This document shows, in pieces, positions 59,962 to 64,000 of a DNA stretch of 64,000 nt (the stretch's first letter is position 1; every line of letters begins with the position of its first letter). Position numbers and translations under genes: made by a program. Source of the stretch: Candidatus Hermodarchaeota archaeon (GTDB lineage Archaea > Asgardarchaeota > Hermodarchaeia > Hermodarchaeales > Hermodarchaeaceae); assembly GCA_016839805.1 (NCBI GenBank), contig JAEOTO010000022.1, positions 1 through 64,000 on the forward strand, in the 5' to 3' direction. The notes beneath the pieces were generated by a model, which did not search any database, was not told the origin of the DNA, and saw nothing but the letters and a program-made list of their open reading frames with translations.

Positions 59962-60873
59962 TTGACAGAACCATCCATTGAAGACAAACGAATCACGCTA
60001 GAGGAAGCTGCACAGAAAATCCATGACGGTGCACATATTGCATGGGGTGGATTCGGATACCAACGCCCACCGGAAGCACTCGCTATGGAGCTTATTCGCC
60101 AGAAAAAACGTAATCTCCGCATCTACACCTGTGGAAGTGAACATGACCTTGATATTCTCGTAGGTGCGGAAGCATGTCTTGAATTCGAGGTAGCCTTCTT
60201 TGCAATTGAAGCGTTGGGGCTTGCGCCAAATTTACGGCGACGAACGAAAGAGGGGAAGGTGCAGTTTGAAGACTATTCTAACCTGGCGATGGCTTTACGG
60301 TTTTTAGGTGGGGCTTTGAATGTGCCTTTCATGCCGATTCGGCATATGATTGGTACGAATATGATGGATAAAACTCGGTTACGTAAGGATAAGGCGAAAG
60401 TGATTGATTGTCCTTTTACGGGCACACCAATTGTTTTACTTCCCTCTGTTCAAGCAGATTTTGGTGTGATTTGTGCCCAGAAAGCGGATGTGGAAGGAAA
60501 TGTCCAGATTTTCGGGATTAAAGGAGAGGATAACGAAATCGCTCGTGGGTCGAAAACGACGATAGTCTTCACTGAAGAAATCATTTCAAACGAAGTGATT
60601 CGTGAAACTCCTGACTTAACAACAATTCCAGCTCTCTTTGTGGATTATATCGTAGAGGTCCCATTTGGGAGTTGGCCTATGCAGTCTTATGGTGTTTATG
60701 ATTATGACTTACCTCATCTCCAGATGTATATGGGGCAGTGTAAAACTGAGGAAGGCTGGCAGGAATATCTGAATGACTGGATCCTAGATGTCGAAAACCA
60801 TGATGGGCTCTTGAAGAAGATTGGTGAGAAACGACTCAAGGAACTGCGGGCTGACAAACGATATGGGTATTGA
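59962..60873 (+). CDS. Family I CoA-transferase subunit A (glutaconate CoA-transferase-like)
   Basis: GGF..R.P.A...ELIRQ, GGALNVPFMP, CPFTG, AQKAD.EGN. Confidence 0.9.
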   Translation: MTEPSIEDKRITLEEAAQKIHDGAHIAWGGFGYQRPPEALAMELIRQKKRNLRIYTCGSEHDLDILVGAEACLEFEVAFFAIEALGLAPNLRRRTKEGKVQFEDYSNLAMALRFLGGALNVPFMPIRHMIGTNMMDKTRLRKDKAKVIDCPFTGTPIVLLPSVQADFGVICAQKADVEGNVQIFGIKGEDNEIARGSKTTIVFTEEIISNEVIRETPDLTTIPALFVDYIVEVPFGSWPMQSYGVYDYDLPHLQMYMGQCKTEEGWQEYLNDWILDVENHDGLLKKIGEKRLKELRADKRYGY

Positions 60874-60884
60874 GGTGAAAAAAG

Positions 60885-61658
60885 ATGGAAGAGTATACAT
60901 CAACGGAAATGATGGCAGTTTGTGGAGCAAACGCAGTTCGTGATGGTGAACGCGTGTTTGCGGGAACAGGACTCCCAGTTCTTGGGGCAATGTTAGCAAA
61001 AGTGACTCATGCCCCCAATGCCATCATTATCTATGAGGGAGGCAATGTCGATACACAAAATAAAGATCTTGCCCTATCAGTCGCAGATAGTCGATTGGGT
61101 TATCGAGCGGCTGCATCCATCGGGCTCATCGAAACCTTGGGATTTCTTATGATGGGTGGTCGAGTAGATGTTGGGTTTCTCGGCGCAGCTCAAATTGATG
61201 AATATGGCAACATCAACACTTCTTATATTGGTGACTTTGACTCACCCAAGGTTCGACTTCCGGGCAGCGGTGGAGGAAATGACATCGCTAGCTCAGCTGG
61301 ACGGATTATCCTAATGTTCACGCACGACGCTAGGAAATTTGTGAAAAAACTGGATTATCTGACTAGCCCTGGTCACCTTTCTGGTCCAGGTAGCCGAGAA
61401 AAACTTGGATTGATTGGTGGAGGACCCGCACTGGTTGTAACAGATAAATGCCAAATGGATTTTGATCCGAATACCAAAAAGATTCGATTAAAATCCGTGC
61501 ATCCAGGTGTAACAGTGGATTGGGTAAACGAGAATGTGATGTTTGACCTTATTATCCCCGGTAAGGTACCGACTACGCCTGAACCGACAAAGGAGTATCT
61601 TGATAAGCTCCACCAACTGGACCCACAGGGTATCTATCTGGGAAAGGGGCAAAAGTAG
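60885..61658 (+). CDS. Family I CoA-transferase subunit B
   Basis: GTGLP, IYEGG (catalytic Glu), GAAQIDEYGNINT, RLPGSGGGND. Confidence 0.92.
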   Translation: MEEYTSTEMMAVCGANAVRDGERVFAGTGLPVLGAMLAKVTHAPNAIIIYEGGNVDTQNKDLALSVADSRLGYRAAASIGLIETLGFLMMGGRVDVGFLGAAQIDEYGNINTSYIGDFDSPKVRLPGSGGGNDIASSAGRIILMFTHDARKFVKKLDYLTSPGHLSGPGSREKLGLIGGGPALVVTDKCQMDFDPNTKKIRLKSVHPGVTVDWVNENVMFDLIIPGKVPTTPEPTKEYLDKLHQLDPQGIYLGKGQK

Positions 61659-61669
61659 TCTTAGTGGAT

Positions 61670-62089
61670 TCAATCACCAATTGCTTGAATGATGATGTGT
61701 CGATTTCGTGGTCGCACGTCTAATTCTAAGAACACAATTTGTTGCCATGTCCCTAATGGCATTTGCCTGTCAATTATGGGAATCGTCAGACTTGGACCAA
61801 TGATTGATGCACGGACATGACTATGGCCATTTCCATCTTGCCAGCGTAAATGATGCTCATACACTGCATCGTGTGGGGCAAAGCGTTCCATTGCATTTGG
61901 TAGGTCTTTGAGCAGCCCAGGTTCATACTCAATAGTAGTTATTGCGCCTGTTGATCCTGTACAAAACACAGTGACTATCCCGGAACGAATTTTACTGGCT
62001 TTTACCTCTTCTTTCACTTTGGTTGTTATATCAATGATGTCGGGTTCACCTTGGGTTTCAAACTGAATTTGACCGGAATATGTTACCAT
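61670..62089 (-). CDS. YjbQ family protein (UPF0047)
   Basis: DITTKV, EYEPGL..D, NGHSH, LGTWQQIVF.E.D. Confidence 0.92.
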   Translation of the reverse strand: MVTYSGQIQFETQGEPDIIDITTKVKEEVKASKIRSGIVTVFCTGSTGAITTIEYEPGLLKDLPNAMERFAPHDAVYEHHLRWQDGNGHSHVRASIIGPSLTIPIIDRQMPLGTWQQIVFLELDVRPRNRHIIIQAIGD

Positions 62090-62191
62090 TGTATTGACAC
62101 CTAAGAATCCATGGCATATTGCCTTGCTAAAAATCCTGTGTGTTCATGATAACAATAAAAGGGAAGAATGATGGAAGGAGGGCGATTCCGC

Positions 62192-63100
62192 ATGATTGTT
62201 ATCGGATTATTTACAGCACTTCTCGCCGCATTTTCCTGGGCAGCAAGTGCCGCATTCTATAAAACTGGGGCCAAAGATGTTTCAGCTCTCACCTCTAACC
62301 TCATTCGGATTCTCCTCCCGCTCCTCATTTTATCAATAGTCACCCTCATTTTGAACATCTATCCATTCATAGCTTTTCTCACGTTTTGGGAGATCCTCTT
62401 CATCTTGGGAAGTAGTCTTTTTGCATTTGTCATTGGAGACGCGCTTTATTTTGTCACAATTCAAAATATTGGAGTCAGTCGGGGTGTGCCCGTGACTTCG
62501 ATCTATCCTTTTTTCATCCTCCTGTTACAGATTCTCTTTCTCTCTCAGCCGATTCACCTTCTCATGATTCCTGCGGTGATTATCACTATTGTTGGTGTTG
62601 CTATTCTTGGACGGCAACTAAATCCTGACTCTAATAACCAAGTCACGTTAACGCGTCGACAACTCTTGATTGGACTTATTGCAGGAATTTTGACAGCCTT
62701 AAGCTGGAGTATCAGTACCCTCCTTTTGGACACAGTTTTGGAAACAACCAATTTATTTCTCATAGCAGTTATTCGGCTATCATTTGCACTAGCAATCCTC
62801 TCACCCGTTGTATTGGGACAACAAATCGTCTGGAAAAAAGATAGCCTCACTCAAAGACAATTGCTCTTTTTGAGCATTGGTGGAGTGTTTGCCCTCGTCA
62901 TCGGATATATTGCTTTTGCCCTCTCCTTACAACTCGTGGATATCACCTCTGCCACCGTTCTCTCGTCATTAACACCTCTCTTTGCCCTCATTATCGGATG
63001 GCGTACACTAAAGGAGCGAGTAACTTGGATGACCGTGGTGGGTGTTATGGCATGTGTGATAGGAATTATTTTCATCGCCATTGCCGTCTCATTAGTCTAA
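62192..63100 (+). CDS. EamA/DMT transporter
   Basis: Two 5-TM repeats; GD..YF...IGVS, PLFA......LKE. Confidence 0.9.
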   Translation: MIVIGLFTALLAAFSWAASAAFYKTGAKDVSALTSNLIRILLPLLILSIVTLILNIYPFIAFLTFWEILFILGSSLFAFVIGDALYFVTIQNIGVSRGVPVTSIYPFFILLLQILFLSQPIHLLMIPAVIITIVGVAILGRQLNPDSNNQVTLTRRQLLIGLIAGILTALSWSISTLLLDTVLETTNLFLIAVIRLSFALAILSPVVLGQQIVWKKDSLTQRQLLFLSIGGVFALVIGYIAFALSLQLVDITSATVLSSLTPLFALIIGWRTLKERVTWMTVVGVMACVIGIIFIAIAVSLV

Positions 63101-63169
63101 TCTAACAGATTTTTTGTTGTGATTAATAACGGTCACTTTTTTAGGATGATCATATGGGTAAAATGATTA

Positions 63170-63823
63170 CTAGTGGGTTTTGGGGTATGTTGCTATTCTA
63201 TCTCTCATGTTAGGTTTCTTCATGTTGGTCTTCCTCATAATGAAATAGTCTGAAACCACGCCAACAACTGCACCGATACCATGGGATAAGAAGCTCAATG
63301 GGGGAGCCATTGCAAATAATGCCAATATGAAGAGTGCACCAAACATAACTGATTGTAATTGTCGCATTATAGTGGCTCCTGCAATACCAAAAATAGCTGC
63401 TGACGCTCCAATAAAGACAAGTAGAGGAAAAAGAATAAGCGAGAGCACATTAGTGAGGAGACCTGCCATAAAATAAATAATCAAGAAATTTTTTCGCCCG
63501 CCTTCCTTTTCGAACACCAATCCGATTACCGCTAACGCGAAAATGTTTAAGCCAAAATGGAGGAGATCCTGATGGACGAACATTGCTGTGAGTAATACAT
63601 AATATCTCCCTTGAGCAAACGCTGGTGCCGAGACGCCAAAGAATTCTAACACTTCAACACGCATTACTAAAAAATTTCCACTAAGTAAAGCTGTGAAACA
63701 ATACATCGCGAAATTTGCCAGAAGAATCCAGACAGTGATTGGAATCCGGAAAAGAATTTCTCGGATATTTAAAGGTCTATACTCTTCTGCTCCTGCTTCT
63801 GATATGTTGTCATTGGCATTCAT
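63170..63823 (-). CDS. Rhomboid intramembrane serine protease
   Basis: TAMFVH..LLH...N, GASAAIFG (Ser), SHGIG (His). Confidence 0.88.
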   Translation of the reverse strand: MNANDNISEAGAEEYRPLNIREILFRIPITVWILLANFAMYCFTALLSGNFLVMRVEVLEFFGVSAPAFAQGRYYVLLTAMFVHQDLLHFGLNIFALAVIGLVFEKEGGRKNFLIIYFMAGLLTNVLSLILFPLLVFIGASAAIFGIAGATIMRQLQSVMFGALFILALFAMAPPLSFLSHGIGAVVGVVSDYFIMRKTNMKKPNMRDRIATYPKTH

Positions 63824-64000
63824 ATTAGACCCTAGAGGCTCTATGCCACTAATCAAGACTACATATTTAGTCCCATATTAATTTCAGGATACCGGTAAAT
63901 GCGGTTATTCGCACTATTTCATGGTTGCTCAGCTGAAAACTGAACTGCTAGGTTACATTAATCGATGTTTCCGCTTTTTCCCACTGCAAAGGCAGATTGA

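Overview
Gene-dense archaeal chromosomal window, most likely from an Asgard archaeon. The archaeal assignment rests on GGTGA/GAGGTG ribosome-binding sites, a split B12 mutase, an SCP2-type thiolase with DUF35 and a SAMP-like ubiquitin. The Asgard assignment rests mainly on an Asgard-type longin-domain protein and is inference. The dominant theme is cobalamin- and biotin-dependent acyl-CoA metabolism: a 12S/5S/biotin-carrier transcarboxylase-like operon with no biotin carboxylase in the window, two mutase large subunits with different active-site signatures (methylmalonyl-CoA type and isobutyryl-CoA type) but one B12-binding subunit, MeaB, epimerase, BirA and CobO. Also present are a ferredoxin-fused ETF, a beta-oxidation operon, a 2-oxoacid:ferredoxin oxidoreductase, a CoA-transferase and a 5'-partial reductive dehalogenase. 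An oxidative-stress cluster (rubrerythrin, rubredoxin, desulfoferrodoxin) contains a solo, catalytically intact TnpB with its omegaRNA. Notable extras: a longin + multi-Zn + Pro-rich + ESCRT-I-like hairpin protein preceded by a structured leader, a NikR-like operator over a HemN-like radical SAM gene, a 44-aa four-Cys microprotein, and recurrent AC-to-GT strand-skew switches. I saw no rRNA, tRNA or CRISPR array. All calls come from motif recognition by eye, not database searches.
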